Assembly: GCF_011045215.1 (NCBI RefSeq)
Contig: NZ_CP049201.1
Strand: one strand, 5' to 3'
Length of the DNA stretch: 64,000 nt
Source of the DNA: Escherichia coli
Lineage (GTDB): Bacteria > Pseudomonadota > Gammaproteobacteria > Enterobacterales > Enterobacteriaceae
Shown piece after piece: positions 24,300 through 34,634 of this stretch. The position numbers and the translations under genes were made by a program. Numbering within the stretch: the stretch's first letter is position 1; every line of letters begins with the position of its first letter. The notes below the pieces were generated by a model. It ran no database searches and had not been told where the DNA came from. It was given only the letters and a program-made list of their open reading frames with translations.

Positions 24300-24650
24300 T
24301 TACTCCCTCAGCGTGATGGTTAATTCAACATTCTGCATGGTCTGCATGACAGTGCCCGACAGCGTCACCCCGGCGCGGCCTCCCGCTTTCCAGACAACGT
24401 CGATGGCATCCAGGGCAATGCGGGGTTCCCATCGTGTCAGCGCAATCACGGCAGCACTCATGCATTGCAGACGCGTGGTGTTATTCATGGGTTCGTCAAT
24501 CAAATCAGGCACAAGGCTGCCATATTCCCGTCGCATAACCCGGCTTGCCAGCGGGGTGGTCAGGATATCCCTGACTGACTGTTTCAGGTGCTCCATATCG
24601 TTCAGGTTTCCCGTCCCGTCCGGATTCATTCCTGTGTAGCGGGTTGTCAC
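24300..24650 (-). CDS. W: baseplate wedge protein W (gp25-like)
   Basis: 116 aa; size and position as P2 gpW. Confidence 0.85.
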   Translation of the reverse strand: MTTRYTGMNPDGTGNLNDMEHLKQSVRDILTTPLASRVMRREYGSLVPDLIDEPMNNTTRLQCMSAAVIALTRWEPRIALDAIDVVWKAGGRAGVTLSGTVMQTMQNVELTITLRE

Positions 24651-25228
24651 TGCGGGCCTCCTGTCGAATCGCTGCCGCCTTTCACGCCACCGTGTTTATG
24701 CGTATGCACGGTAATGCCGTTTGAGGTGAAGTTGCCGCCGCTGTGCGTGATATTGCCGCTCATCTTTCCTCCTTTTGTGACGTCAAGCGTCGCCGTTCTC
24801 AGAAGGTTTGTGCATTCCACGACGGGCGTATCCAGTTTCACGCTGACGGATGCCTGTAAAGTGGCCGTTTTCATGCCGCTGGCGCTCAGTGCGCCAGCGT
24901 CCGCGTCGTAGCGGAACATCGCGCCGTCCGGCGCGCTGATCACGATTTCTTTCAGGCTTTTGCCGGGTGCCGGATTGGCATCACTCCACAGACTGCCAAT
25001 TATCATGGCGGTTTCCGGGTTGCCGCCAATGCAGGCAATTACCACCTGTTCGCCTGGTGATGGCGGCAGCCACACATTGAAGGCTCCCGCGCGCGTGGTG
25101 TTCCAGCGCAACCAGCCTGTTTCCAGTTCGCCGCTGCGAACGCGCACGCGCCAGGACTTCTCATCAACTTCAGAGATGATCCCGGTGCGGATGATGTTGC
25201 TCAGCAGTCGCATGAGTTCTGCGCTCAC
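24647..25228 (-). CDS. V: baseplate spike/assembly protein V
   Basis: 193 aa; C-terminal ..HTHKHGGVKGGSDSTGGP typical of gpV. Confidence 0.85.
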   Translation of the reverse strand: MSAELMRLLSNIIRTGIISEVDEKSWRVRVRSGELETGWLRWNTTRAGAFNVWLPPSPGEQVVIACIGGNPETAMIIGSLWSDANPAPGKSLKEIVISAPDGAMFRYDADAGALSASGMKTATLQASVSVKLDTPVVECTNLLRTATLDVTKGGKMSGNITHSGGNFTSNGITVHTHKHGGVKGGSDSTGGPQ

Positions 25229-25869
25229 CGTACAGCCTCCGCAATCCGGCCCAGCACCGTGTTATAAATCAGGCGCTCATCTGCCTGGCTGATACCCAGC
25301 AGCTCACGTACCGGGTAATCGGTGAAAATGCCCGGCGCAACCTGATCGCGCTCACCGAACTGATGAACGCGGGCAATACGTGCGGCCACGCCGCTGTAAC
25401 CCACCGTCACACCGGAAGCATCTGCACGTGCTTTCAGGTAGCGGGCGGTGCGCAGTTTCACGAACATGGGGACGCGCTTTGTGCTGTCCTGGTTGATGCG
25501 CCGGGTGCGTATTTCCAGAAAACGGTCGATGTCATCCCGGTAAAACGTGCGGATGTTGTTTTTATCCTCATCCCACCCGGTAATGGTTCGCCCGTATTTC
25601 CCCGTGTCGTGATGCCAGTTTTTCAGCGTGCGTGCTTCGTTATTCCAGATAAAGCGAATGCGTTCCTGTATCCGGGTTACGCGGCGTCTGCGTGGTGTCC
25701 ACGCGGTCTCGTCCGGCGCTTTCTGTGACCGGATACGCGCCTGCTGGGCGCGGCGTAAATCCTGTGCCAGCTTTCTGGCGATGTTATTGATGGCCTGCTG
25801 ATTCAGGCTGTCGCGGATGGCCTCAAAGGTTTCATCCACGCGGGTGAATGCCTTATCCATCGCTTTCAC
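25225..25869 (-). CDS. S: virion morphogenesis / tail completion protein (gpS-like)
   Basis: 214 aa basic protein between R and V; longer than P2 gpS, so family assignment is tentative. Confidence 0.7.
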   Translation of the reverse strand: MKAMDKAFTRVDETFEAIRDSLNQQAINNIARKLAQDLRRAQQARIRSQKAPDETAWTPRRRRVTRIQERIRFIWNNEARTLKNWHHDTGKYGRTITGWDEDKNNIRTFYRDDIDRFLEIRTRRINQDSTKRVPMFVKLRTARYLKARADASGVTVGYSGVAARIARVHQFGERDQVAPGIFTDYPVRELLGISQADERLIYNTVLGRIAEAVR

Positions 25870-26320
25870 CCCACGTCACATCCTGGAATACATGCGACCA
25901 GTCGCCTTCGGAAGATGGCAGGCGGGGTTTTGGCTCCGGCAGGTGTTCTGCCTGCGGTGTGCCCTGACTGCTGCGCGTGATGCGAACGCGTTCCCGCAGG
26001 GGGAGCGTAAACAGGAGATCGGCGCTGTCATCGTCATTGATAACGGCGGAGAATTTGATGTCCTGATTACGCTCAGGGTTGAGCAACAACTGTGGCTGAT
26101 TTTCGGATAACCACGCCAGCAGCGGCAGCGTGAGGTCGTCCAGCTCCCCGGCGTAATCCATGACAAACATCACCATCTGATAGCGGTAAACAAACGATGG
26201 GGTTTCTCCTGTCGTTTCAATGTTGCCGCTCTCCACGAAAATGGTGAATTTTTCCGGGTTGGCCTGACACCATCGGCATGAACGGGTCATGGCTTCACGC
26301 AGGGAATCAGTTTTCAGCAT
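25853..26320 (-). CDS. R: tail completion protein R
   Basis: 155 aa; size and position match P2 gpR. Confidence 0.78.
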   Translation of the reverse strand: MLKTDSLREAMTRSCRWCQANPEKFTIFVESGNIETTGETPSFVYRYQMVMFVMDYAGELDDLTLPLLAWLSENQPQLLLNPERNQDIKFSAVINDDDSADLLFTLPLRERVRITRSSQGTPQAEHLPEPKPRLPSSEGDWSHVFQDVTWGESDG

Positions 26321-26597
26321 GGTTGTTGTCCTCGTTGTTCAGTCTTTGCAGCCTGCGCTGTTCCAGTAATTCAATGGCCCGTTTATCCGCGTTACAGGTT
26401 TCCAGTGCATCCAGAAGGCGGTCGCCCCATATACCGAGATTTCCCCATGTGGGAGTGTCAGGGAAGGGGGGAGGCGTTACCGGTATGGTCAGCGTCTGCG
26501 GTATAAGCCGGACTGACGGCGCTGGCCGTGGCGCGTTCTGCGTGCCTGCGCAACCTGTCAGTAAAACGAGCGTCAGGCAAAGCGTGGGCGCATTCAT
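26307..26597 (-). CDS. lysC: o-spanin (Rz1/LysC-like outer-membrane lipoprotein)
   Basis: Lipobox LTGCAG after a signal peptide, Pro-rich body; embedded in a different frame in the 3' part of the i-spanin gene; listed ORF 26307..26627, start assumed at MNAPTL. Confidence 0.7.
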   Translation of the reverse strand: MNAPTLCLTLVLLTGCAGTQNAPRPAPSVRLIPQTLTIPVTPPPFPDTPTWGNLGIWGDRLLDALETCNADKRAIELLEQRRLQRLNNEDNNHAEN

Positions 26598-26865
26598 CTT
26601 TTGCAATATCGTTGCGTAGCTGTTCACGTCTTACCTCTCCGTCCTGATTGCGTTGCTGATTTTCCACGCGGAGTTGCGCCAGCACCTGCTGCATATCCTG
26701 TACCCCGGCGCTGATGATATTCAGGGTGTCGGCGGTACTTTTCAGGGTGCTGGCCTGCGCTTCGTTTCTGGCGTTCTCCCGGCCCAGCGACCACGACAGA
26801 CGCATGGATGTTCCCCATCCGGCAATCAGAAGGAAAGCGACGCCAAGCGTGGGCCAGAGCTTCAT
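26458..26865 (-). CDS. lysB: i-spanin (Rz/LysB-like)
   Basis: MKLWPTLGVAFLLIAGWG N-terminal TM then coiled-coil; listed ORF extends further upstream but the sensible start is MKLW. Confidence 0.72.
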   Translation of the reverse strand: MKLWPTLGVAFLLIAGWGTSMRLSWSLGRENARNEAQASTLKSTADTLNIISAGVQDMQQVLAQLRVENQQRNQDGEVRREQLRNDIAKDECAHALPDARFTDRLRRHAERATASAVSPAYTADADHTGNASPLP

Positions 26866-27254
26866 GCCGGATAGGCTCCGTGTGGTAACTGAAAATGCGG
26901 TCCGTCTTTCAGGGTCTTCCAGTCGCCGCCCCATTCCACCGGAATATTCAGTTCCCGGCTGGCCTGTCTGAATGCTGCTGCGATTTTTTCGTACAGCGGC
27001 CATTCCCATGACACCTGGCTGCCGATATAAGCCACAACATCCACGGCATGCCCCGTAAGGTGGCGGCTGTTCATGGTCTGGCTCTTACCTGTGGCCACAA
27101 GTTGCTTCTGGCGGTAACGGCTGCGCAACCCTTCGGTGATACCAAAATCCACTTCCGAGATTTCCAGTGCCCGTCGGGTCACTTTCACCAGATCAGGATT
27201 TACGCCCTGCAAATTCTTTTCGCTCCGGCTGCTGAATTTAAATGTGTTGCTCAT
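26862..27254 (-). CDS. endolysin, peptidase M15-type (L-Ala-D-Glu endopeptidase-like)
   Basis: 130 aa; ..HLTGHAVDV.. metal-binding context typical of small M15 phage endolysins; sits in the lysis cassette. Confidence 0.75.
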   Translation of the reverse strand: MSNTFKFSSRSEKNLQGVNPDLVKVTRRALEISEVDFGITEGLRSRYRQKQLVATGKSQTMNSRHLTGHAVDVVAYIGSQVSWEWPLYEKIAAAFRQASRELNIPVEWGGDWKTLKDGPHFQLPHGAYPA

Positions 27255-27574
27255 TCGTCCTTCTCCTTCACCCTGCGATTAAAGGCCGCAATAACCTTGT
27301 CGCGTGCTTTCTCTGCCCCCATAAAACCGATTGATGCGCCGATAAACGTCACGGCATCTTCAGGAAAACCGAAGAAGCGCAACGACCCGGCCACGGCCAT
27401 GGCAAGAACGCCGCACGCCAGCGATCCCGTTACGGTCTGAACCAGTGTTCGTCCGTCATAAAGACTCATCAGCGCGGAAATGCTGACCGCCGCGCCTACT
27501 GCATACACCGTTGGCAGGTGGTCAAAGAGCCATGCAATAACCTGCTCTGTGATCCCTGTTTGAATGGTGCTCAC
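27251..27574 (-). CDS. putative holin
   Basis: About 107 aa with hydrophobic segments and a charged C-terminus, between X and the endolysin; start (GTG at 27574) is uncertain. Confidence 0.5.
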   Translation of the reverse strand: MSTIQTGITEQVIAWLFDHLPTVYAVGAAVSISALMSLYDGRTLVQTVTGSLACGVLAMAVAGSLRFFGFPEDAVTFIGASIGFMGAEKARDKVIAAFNRRVKEKDE

Positions 27575-27576
27575 TG

Positions 27577-27777
27577 CTACTCCCCCCACAACTGAATCAT
27601 TTCTCGTTTCTTCTTCTCCGGCTCCGGCATCTCCACTTCCTGCCCGGCGTCCAGAAATACCTGCTGACAGAGTCCGGGGTTGGCATCCAGCACCTTTTCG
27701 GTGACGCCCTGCGTCGTGCCGTAGTACCGGAAACAGAGCGAATCCACGGTGTCGCCTTCCAGTGCCTTCACTTTCAT
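27577..27777 (-). CDS. X: tail protein X (LysM-like)
   Basis: MKVKALEGDTVDSLCFRYYGTTQGVTEKVLDANPGL resembles P2 gpX. Confidence 0.8.
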   Translation of the reverse strand: MKVKALEGDTVDSLCFRYYGTTQGVTEKVLDANPGLCQQVFLDAGQEVEMPEPEKKKREMIQLWGE

Positions 27778-28280
27778 CAGCACAACTCCGCAAAGATTCG
27801 CGGGCGGCACAGAATGTCAGAGATGGCCCAGCTCACATCGCGCCACAAATCCGATGTCTGTATATCCAGTGCGTCCGCCCGGCGGTCGCCCTTGTCCGTT
27901 GTGTCCGCATCGCGGTAACGCTCCAGAATCAGGGCGCGTGTGGCGGTATAAACAGCATTGCGCCAGTGCCAGAGATTGACGCTTTCTCCGTTAATTACGG
28001 GTGCCGGAACATCGGCCAGCGTCTGATGGCCAGCTGCCTGCTGTTCCTGCTGCCATGCTTCCAGCTCGCGGGTAACGTGTGCCACAGCCCCGGTGGCGGT
28101 ATGCAGCAGGCGGGAGGTGGTCACACGGCCCGGCAGTCGTATCGCCAGACGCAGCTCACGCAGCACAATATCCGGCCAGAATGCACCCGCTGAAATACGG
28201 GTATCACCATCATCGGTATCGGTGATGTCGTCCTCTGCGGGGCCGGGGTTGGTTCTGGCAACCATACTCATGGGGTTCAC
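27777..28280 (-). CDS. L: head completion/stabilisation protein L
   Basis: 167 aa; position and size as P2 gpL. Confidence 0.82.
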   Translation of the reverse strand: MNPMSMVARTNPGPAEDDITDTDDGDTRISAGAFWPDIVLRELRLAIRLPGRVTTSRLLHTATGAVAHVTRELEAWQQEQQAAGHQTLADVPAPVINGESVNLWHWRNAVYTATRALILERYRDADTTDKGDRRADALDIQTSDLWRDVSWAISDILCRPRIFAELC

Positions 28281-28372
28281 TCCTGAAAAAATCGGGCGGT
28301 GGGTGCGCGGTGTAAACGGTCACGGAGTCAAACCGGAACACCGCGCACGCCGCCCGCTGACGGGGTCAGTCG

Positions 28373-29173
28373 TTAACCGCGCTTCGCCTTCTGCGTCGCG
28401 GTGGTTTTACGTGTTGCAGGCTTCCGCGTTGTCTTTTTACTTTTGCTGCTTTCGTCCTGCGCCTGTGGTGTGCTGGCGTCTTCTGGTGCGGCTGCGGAAT
28501 CGGCTTTTTTCAGGGCGCGGGAAAGGGTTGCAATCTCGCGTTTCACACCTGCGTTCGGGTTCAGGTGCATTGCTTCGCGCAGCAGCTTCAGTGACAGGGC
28601 CATGCTGTCTGCATCGGTCAGGCCACGGCGGGCAAAGGCGCACGCCTTGCATAATTTGGCGCGCACTTCGTCCGGCATGTCCTGGTCGGTGACAATCTCC
28701 CGGAGGGTGTCCAGTGGTTCGATAAAGGCGGACAAATCCGCGTCGGCATCCGTCCCGGCTTGCGTCAGTACCGGATTGCAGATTTCTTCGGTCAGCACTG
28801 TGGCAGCAGTACGGCCAAAGTTATCCGGCATGATGAGGTTGTGACGGACCACATACGCACCAATACGCAGCGCCAGCGGAAGATCGCCGCAGTCAATCGC
28901 CCACACCATCAGCGTGGCAATCACTTCATCCTGCTGCCCGCCGTCAGCCTCCAGCGTTCCCTCAATCCAGCCGGAAAAATCCGGCAACAACTCTTTTTTG
29001 ATGGCGGCTTTCGCGCTTCTGGCCTGTACGCCCTTAAGCCGGGCCTGTGCCAGACGCAGACGATACAGCACCTCTTCATGCGCGGTACGCGCGGCGTGGT
29101 CCACGCCTTCATTCGCCCGGCCTGCGCGCTGTGCCATCACGTTCTGCCAGTGTTGCTGTGCAGGAGTAATCAT
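28373..29173 (-). CDS. M: terminase endonuclease (small) subunit M
   Basis: 266 aa with basic Lys/Thr-rich C-terminus; P2 gpM-like. Confidence 0.85.
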   Translation of the reverse strand: MITPAQQHWQNVMAQRAGRANEGVDHAARTAHEEVLYRLRLAQARLKGVQARSAKAAIKKELLPDFSGWIEGTLEADGGQQDEVIATLMVWAIDCGDLPLALRIGAYVVRHNLIMPDNFGRTAATVLTEEICNPVLTQAGTDADADLSAFIEPLDTLREIVTDQDMPDEVRAKLCKACAFARRGLTDADSMALSLKLLREAMHLNPNAGVKREIATLSRALKKADSAAAPEDASTPQAQDESSKSKKTTRKPATRKTTATQKAKRG

Positions 29174-29218
29174 TTTTTCTCTCCGTTACAGGCGGGCATG
29201 ATGCCCGCCGTGAGTTGA

Positions 29219-30271
29219 TTAGCTGTCGGCGAACTTCAGGCCAGTGACCATCGCGCACTTGCCATAGTCTTCAACGACATAAGCGTCATTGATGGACTGG
29301 TAGGTGGCGATGCGGTTGTATTCCGGTTCGTCTTTCATCAGACGACGCATTGAACCTTTCTGCCAGTAAATTGACAGGTTGTTGAATGAGGTGATCAGCA
29401 TCGTTGAATCCGGGAAGAACGGCGCAAGGAACACGCCCAGCCCGCCAATGGTGCGCGATGACAGAATGAGCTGCCCGGCGAGTAATTCCGCATTAGGATT
29501 CTGGCCGCTGATGCTGTTCAGCACGGGCAGACGCAGCGAGTTAAACAGGTTGCGCCCCATAATCACCACGAGGTCGTCAGCTTCCTTGTGCCATTCATCC
29601 AGCAGGGATGAACGCGCGTCCTGTACCAGTGCATCAGCGTTCGCATACTTACCCGCGTGTGCCACGGTGTTGTCCATGTTGCGGGAGGTCAGCGTCACGT
29701 CATTCATAACGCGTTCGCTGGCGTCGGTTCTGATGTGCTCCAGCCAGCCCACGTTAACGTCCTGAAGCAGCTTGTTGGTGCTGAAGTTGGACTCATCCGC
29801 GTGAGACGTGCCGTTGAAACCGATCATGATGCGATCAAGTGCCACCTGTCGGGCAATCTGTGCGCTGATGCGGGACTGAAAATCAGGGTGTGCCGCCCAG
29901 GCATCAAGCTGCGGATATGAAATAAACGTGTCGTAGTTCACCTGTTCGCACTGGTATTTGCGGTTTTTCAGATCAACCACGTTATTCGGGTTACGGCGTT
30001 TTGTGCCGTCATAACTGGTATTCGTGCGCGCAATCGGCCCGGTGGTATCCAGGAGGATTTTTTCGCCTTTCTGGTCGGTCACGCCGATCACGTTAATTCT
30101 TTTTGTAAATTCGGTGCTTTCCTTTGAGGCGTTTTCAAAACGCTGCTGTACCGAGGGTTCCACGGTAAATCGCGATACCAGTGCGGAAACCGGGATATTG
30201 TTAAGCGACGCCTGCTGCGCCATATAGCAACCCAGCTTGTTGCGGGTAATATCTGACATCACCAGATTCAT
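29219..30271 (-). CDS. N: major capsid protein N
   Basis: 350 aa; ..FTVEPSVQQ.. and ..VVIMGRNLF.. resemble P2 gpN. Confidence 0.9.
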   Translation of the reverse strand: MNLVMSDITRNKLGCYMAQQASLNNIPVSALVSRFTVEPSVQQRFENASKESTEFTKRINVIGVTDQKGEKILLDTTGPIARTNTSYDGTKRRNPNNVVDLKNRKYQCEQVNYDTFISYPQLDAWAAHPDFQSRISAQIARQVALDRIMIGFNGTSHADESNFSTNKLLQDVNVGWLEHIRTDASERVMNDVTLTSRNMDNTVAHAGKYANADALVQDARSSLLDEWHKEADDLVVIMGRNLFNSLRLPVLNSISGQNPNAELLAGQLILSSRTIGGLGVFLAPFFPDSTMLITSFNNLSIYWQKGSMRRLMKDEPEYNRIATYQSINDAYVVEDYGKCAMVTGLKFADS

Positions 30272-30294
30272 AAAAAATTTGCTCCTTTGTCTTA

Positions 30295-31131
30295 TCAGAA
30301 GTCAGCCAGCTGGTCGGAGGCTGCGCCCGTTGCGGTGAACCGGTTCTGCGGATCGCCGTCCTGCGTGCGCAGTTTTTCCTTCAGTGCTGTCAGCTCTGTG
30401 GTCAGTGACGTAATTTTCTGGCGGTCCTGCTGATGGCGGGTTTCCAGCACATTAAAACGGTCGATAATGTCGGCCTGTGACGTTGCGACGCCTTCCACCG
30501 CTTCCTGAATACGGGAAAAACTGGCGTCATCCGCTTTGCGGCCACGGCCAATAATCCCCATTACGCGGTTAAACCACTGGGTGCCTTCTTCCTGGCGTTG
30601 TTCTGCCATTTCGATGATTTCAGACTCGATGGCTTCGGAGATAAGCGGCGCTTCACCCTGGACACTGTTGAACGTCATTACCGCCTGACGTTGCTGTGCC
30701 GTGAATTTCAGGCGCTCAGTGCCCAGGCTTGCCGGGGTGTCGGTCATCGCCAGCCCGACCAGATAGGCGCGCCCGTTAACGGAGAACTGCGGGTGCAGTT
30801 CGATACTGGAATAGATTTTCTTGCCGTCAGCGACAAGCTGCTTCATGCGCTCGGTCGGTTCGATTTCTGCATACAGCGCAGTACGTCCGGCCAGCGGGCC
30901 TTCCGTAATATCTTCCGTACTCAGCGCGGTGACATCGCCCATTGCGCAAAAGTCGCTTGATGGATATGGCGAGAGAATGTGCTCAACGTTCACGCGGGCA
31001 GCGTAAACATCCGGGTTGAAGTTCTCGGCGGCTTCACGCAGATGCACCGGACTGATTTCACGGCCATCAACAGTTGATCCGGAGACAGCCACGCGAAACT
31101 TTTTGCGGGATGTCTTTTTTTCATTAGCCAT
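30295..31131 (-). CDS. O: capsid scaffolding protein O
   Basis: Listed ORF 30295..31164; likely start MANEKKTSRKKFRVA; P2 gpO-like. Confidence 0.85.
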   Translation of the reverse strand: MANEKKTSRKKFRVAVSGSTVDGREISPVHLREAAENFNPDVYAARVNVEHILSPYPSSDFCAMGDVTALSTEDITEGPLAGRTALYAEIEPTERMKQLVADGKKIYSSIELHPQFSVNGRAYLVGLAMTDTPASLGTERLKFTAQQRQAVMTFNSVQGEAPLISEAIESEIIEMAEQRQEEGTQWFNRVMGIIGRGRKADDASFSRIQEAVEGVATSQADIIDRFNVLETRHQQDRQKITSLTTELTALKEKLRTQDGDPQNRFTATGAASDQLADF

Positions 31132-31285
31132 AGTTTTTGCCCCTCTGACTGGTTCTTCAGTCATGATGGCAAAGCGTAACAGGCTGATACAAAGGGCTTT
31201 TGTTGTAAGAAAACGGCCAGAACAGGGGGTTAAGGAGAACGGTTTCGCGCGCGGGTAATCTTCCTGTAATTACTCAGGGGGAGCA

Positions 31286-33037
31286 ATGATTCAGGACGCT
31301 TTTGTGCGCCAGCGTGCGCGACAACTTTACTGGCAGGGTTATCCGCCCGCAGAAATATCACGTCTGATGGGAATAAACCCGAACACGATTTATGCGTGGA
31401 AAAAACGCGACCAGTGGGATGAAACGCCACCCGTGCAGCGTGTCACGCAGTCCATCGATGCGCGTCTCATCCAGCTTACTGAAAAACAGAATAAAACAGG
31501 CGGTGACTTCAAGGAAATAGACCTGCTGACCCGGCAGCTTAAAAAGCTGCATGATGGCCAGCCGGATGTGACGGCCACAGGAAAGAAAGGCCGGGCGAAA
31601 AAACTCAAAAATCATTTCACGCCGGAACAGATTGCCGCACTGCGGGAAAAAATCATCAGCAGGCTGGAGTGGCATCAGCGGGGCTGGTTTGACTCCCTGA
31701 CCCTTTGCAGGGAAGCCGGGATACGTAACAGGATGATCCTGAAATCCCGACAGATTGGGGCGACCTGGTATTTTGCACAGGAAGCACTGCTGATGGCGCT
31801 GCGTGACGATGTGGCGCAACCTTACCAGCGTAACCAGATTTTTTTGTCTGCGTCGCGTCGTCAGGCGTTCCAGTTTAAAAGCATTATTCAGAAGGCCGCG
31901 GCTGAAGTTGATGTGGAGCTGAAAGGGGGCGATAAAATCATCCTCTCCAACGGCGCAGAGCTGCATTTTCTCGGCACTTCTGCTGCGTCGGCACAGTCCT
32001 ATACGGGCAATTTTTATTTTGATGAATTTTTCTGGGTCAGTCGCTTTGCTGAACTGCGCAAGGTGGCTGGCGCTATGGCAACCCTCAGCGGACTGCGGCG
32101 CACCTACTTCTCCACGCCATCCACCGAAACGCACGAGGCATACGCCTACTGGAACGGCGACCGCTGGAACGAGAAAAAGGCCTCGCATAAACGCCAGCGT
32201 TTTTCTGTGGACTGGAAAACGCTGCATAACGGGCTTATCTGCCCTGACCGGACGTGGCGGCAAATTGTCACGCTGGAAGATGTGGTTAATCACGGCTGGA
32301 AACACACCGATATTGACGAAATCCGTGATGAAAACACCGAAGACGAGTTCCTCAATCTCTATATGTGTGAGTTTGTTCGCGAAGGGGAATCGGCATTTAA
32401 CCTGAATATCCTGATTGGCTGCGGTGTTGACGGATACGACGACTGGAAAGACTGGAAACCTTTTGCTCCCCGCCCGATGGGGAATCGTCCGGTATGGATT
32501 GGGTATGACGCAAACGGCAGCAGTGGCAACGGCGACAGCGGCGCTGTGTCCGTGGTGGTTCCTCCGGCTGTTCCTGGTGGCCGTTTTCGAACGGTGGAGA
32601 CGCGACGCGTTCAGGGGCTGGAGTTTGAAGAACAGGCCAGAGTCATTGAAGAGTTCACGTATCGCTACAACGTGGAACACATCGGCATTGATGTGACGGG
32701 CGGGAACGGGGAGGCTGTTTATCAGATAGTGAAACGGTTTTTCCCTGCTGCTATTCCGTACACCTTCACGCTGTCATCAAAACGGTCGCTGGTACTGAAA
32801 ATGCTGCAAATAATGCGTGCCGGGCGGTGGGAATACGATCGCGCCGAACGCGAGCTGGTCGCGGCCTTTAACGCCGTGCGTAAGGTGAAAACACCGGGCG
32901 GCTTTATCACTTACGAAACGGACCGCGCGAGGGGGATCAGCCACGGCGACCTTGCGTGGGCAACCATGCTTGCTGTCATTAACGAACCGATTGGCGGCGA
33001 AGGAGAAAACGAGCGTTTCACGGTTATGGAGTTCTGA
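31286..33037 (+). CDS. P: terminase ATPase (large) subunit P
   Basis: 583 aa; divergent from O as in P2. Confidence 0.92.
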   Translation: MIQDAFVRQRARQLYWQGYPPAEISRLMGINPNTIYAWKKRDQWDETPPVQRVTQSIDARLIQLTEKQNKTGGDFKEIDLLTRQLKKLHDGQPDVTATGKKGRAKKLKNHFTPEQIAALREKIISRLEWHQRGWFDSLTLCREAGIRNRMILKSRQIGATWYFAQEALLMALRDDVAQPYQRNQIFLSASRRQAFQFKSIIQKAAAEVDVELKGGDKIILSNGAELHFLGTSAASAQSYTGNFYFDEFFWVSRFAELRKVAGAMATLSGLRRTYFSTPSTETHEAYAYWNGDRWNEKKASHKRQRFSVDWKTLHNGLICPDRTWRQIVTLEDVVNHGWKHTDIDEIRDENTEDEFLNLYMCEFVREGESAFNLNILIGCGVDGYDDWKDWKPFAPRPMGNRPVWIGYDANGSSGNGDSGAVSVVVPPAVPGGRFRTVETRRVQGLEFEEQARVIEEFTYRYNVEHIGIDVTGGNGEAVYQIVKRFFPAAIPYTFTLSSKRSLVLKMLQIMRAGRWEYDRAERELVAAFNAVRKVKTPGGFITYETDRARGISHGDLAWATMLAVINEPIGGEGENERFTVMEF

Positions 33038-34083
33038 TGAGCAGAAAAAATAAAAAAGTGCGCATGAGTTCACGCATTGATCTCGCTGATGCGCTCAGGA
33101 AAGAATCATCGCTCAGTGCATTCACATTTGATGGTCCTTATCGCCTGACCGGGCATGACCTGCTGGACAATATGTACTGTGCTGATAACGGGCGGTGGTA
33201 TGAAACCCCGGTGGACTGGTACGGTCTGGCAAGAGCTGCCCGGCAAACGTCCTGGCATCAGTCTGCGCTTTACTTTAAGCGCAATGTATTACTCGGTTGC
33301 TACATCCCGCACCCGCTGCTTTCCCGGCAGGATTTCTCGGCGCTGGCGCTGGACTGGTTTGTGTTCGGTAACGCATTCCTTGAGCTTCGGAGCAATATGC
33401 TCGGCGAACCACTTAAATTACGGCACGCACTGGCGAAATACATGCGACGCGGAAGCGATCTTGAATCATGGTGGTATGTGCAGGATGGCAAGGACGCGTT
33501 TCAGTTTCGCCCTGGCAAAGTGTGCCACCTGATGAATCCGGACATTAACCAGGAAATTTACGGCATGCCGGAATATCTTGGAGCATTACTCTCGGCCAGC
33601 CTGTCTCATTCGGCGGACATGTTCAGAAAACTGTATTACGACAACGGATCCCACGCCGGGTGCATCATCTACATCGGTGCAGCGCAGGTAAACCGCGAAA
33701 GCATGGACTCCCTGAAAGAAACGTTACAGGGTGCGCGTGGTGGTGGTGCGTTTAAAAACGTGCTCATCCACGCGCCCAACGGGGGCAAAGAGGGGGTGCA
33801 AATTTTGCCGTTCCAGCAGATCACCGCAAAGGATGAGTTCATGAATGTTAAGGCGGCATCCCGTGATGATGTGCTGGCTGCGCACCGCGTTCCGCCGCAA
33901 CTGATGGGGGCGATGCCGGGCGAAAAAAGTGCGTTTGGTGATGTGGAGAAGGCCGCGCGGGTTTACGCAATTAACGAGCTGATGCCCGTCATGGAGGCTA
34001 TGAAGCACATCAATGACTGGCTTGGCGAAGAGGTGATCCGCTTTAACCCTTACGCACTGCTGGACACCCAGCCCACATCCTGA
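33037..34083 (+). CDS. Q: portal vertex protein Q
   Basis: 348 aa; translationally coupled to P; P2 gpQ-like. Confidence 0.92.
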   Translation: MSRKNKKVRMSSRIDLADALRKESSLSAFTFDGPYRLTGHDLLDNMYCADNGRWYETPVDWYGLARAARQTSWHQSALYFKRNVLLGCYIPHPLLSRQDFSALALDWFVFGNAFLELRSNMLGEPLKLRHALAKYMRRGSDLESWWYVQDGKDAFQFRPGKVCHLMNPDINQEIYGMPEYLGALLSASLSHSADMFRKLYYDNGSHAGCIIYIGAAQVNRESMDSLKETLQGARGGGAFKNVLIHAPNGGKEGVQILPFQQITAKDEFMNVKAASRDDVLAAHRVPPQLMGAMPGEKSAFGDVEKAARVYAINELMPVMEAMKHINDWLGEEVIRFNPYALLDTQPTS

Positions 34084-34420
34084 CGCGCTTCGCTTGTCTG
34101 CTGCTTCGCCGGGGCATAAAAAATTTATGCCCCGACTCTCCAGCTCTTGTATCAATCAGATAATTTCACGACGCTTTCCTGCTTATTGCCATCATCGACA
34201 GTCAGACTCTTACGCAATCCCACCGCGTTGACTGCATGTTCTCGCCGTCTCAGTGCGATTTTGACGGCCTTACCTTTCACCCCATCAAATCAAAAGCCCT
34301 CACGTCTTTTTCACGCTCAGCGTGAGAAATACAGCCATTCTGTTGTGTCGCTGCGACATCGTTCAGGGGATGCTATTTACCCCCTGAAACGCGGGCTGTT
34401 CCCCCGTCACCTGCGCGCAG

Positions 34421-34534
34421 AAAAAACGCGTTTTTTTGTGCACGCACGGTTCCCTGACGGATCCAGCCGCCACGCGGGTCGGAAGGGCAAAAAGTCGTTC
34501 AAAAAAATTGTGCAAATTTGTGCACTTTTGTGCA
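34421..34534. repeat. palindrome AAAAAACGCGTTTTTT plus four TTGTGCA repeats
   Basis: tttgtgcac (34435), attgtgcaa (34508), tttgtgcac (34517), tttgtgcag (34526), in the non-coding stretch downstream of Q. Confidence 0.4.
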
Positions 34535-34634
34535 GGTAAGCATGCCCATATATTTGACCGTAGCTTGCCTTTGATGTAGTTTATGCGTCACAAAAACCAC
34601 AAAACGTGGTTATGATTTCTATGAGGGGGTTGAT

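Noticed and set aside
31358-32680. 440-aa minus-strand ORF inside terminase gene P
   Set aside because: Antisense to a strongly supported P2 gpP homologue; no start context or family resemblance.
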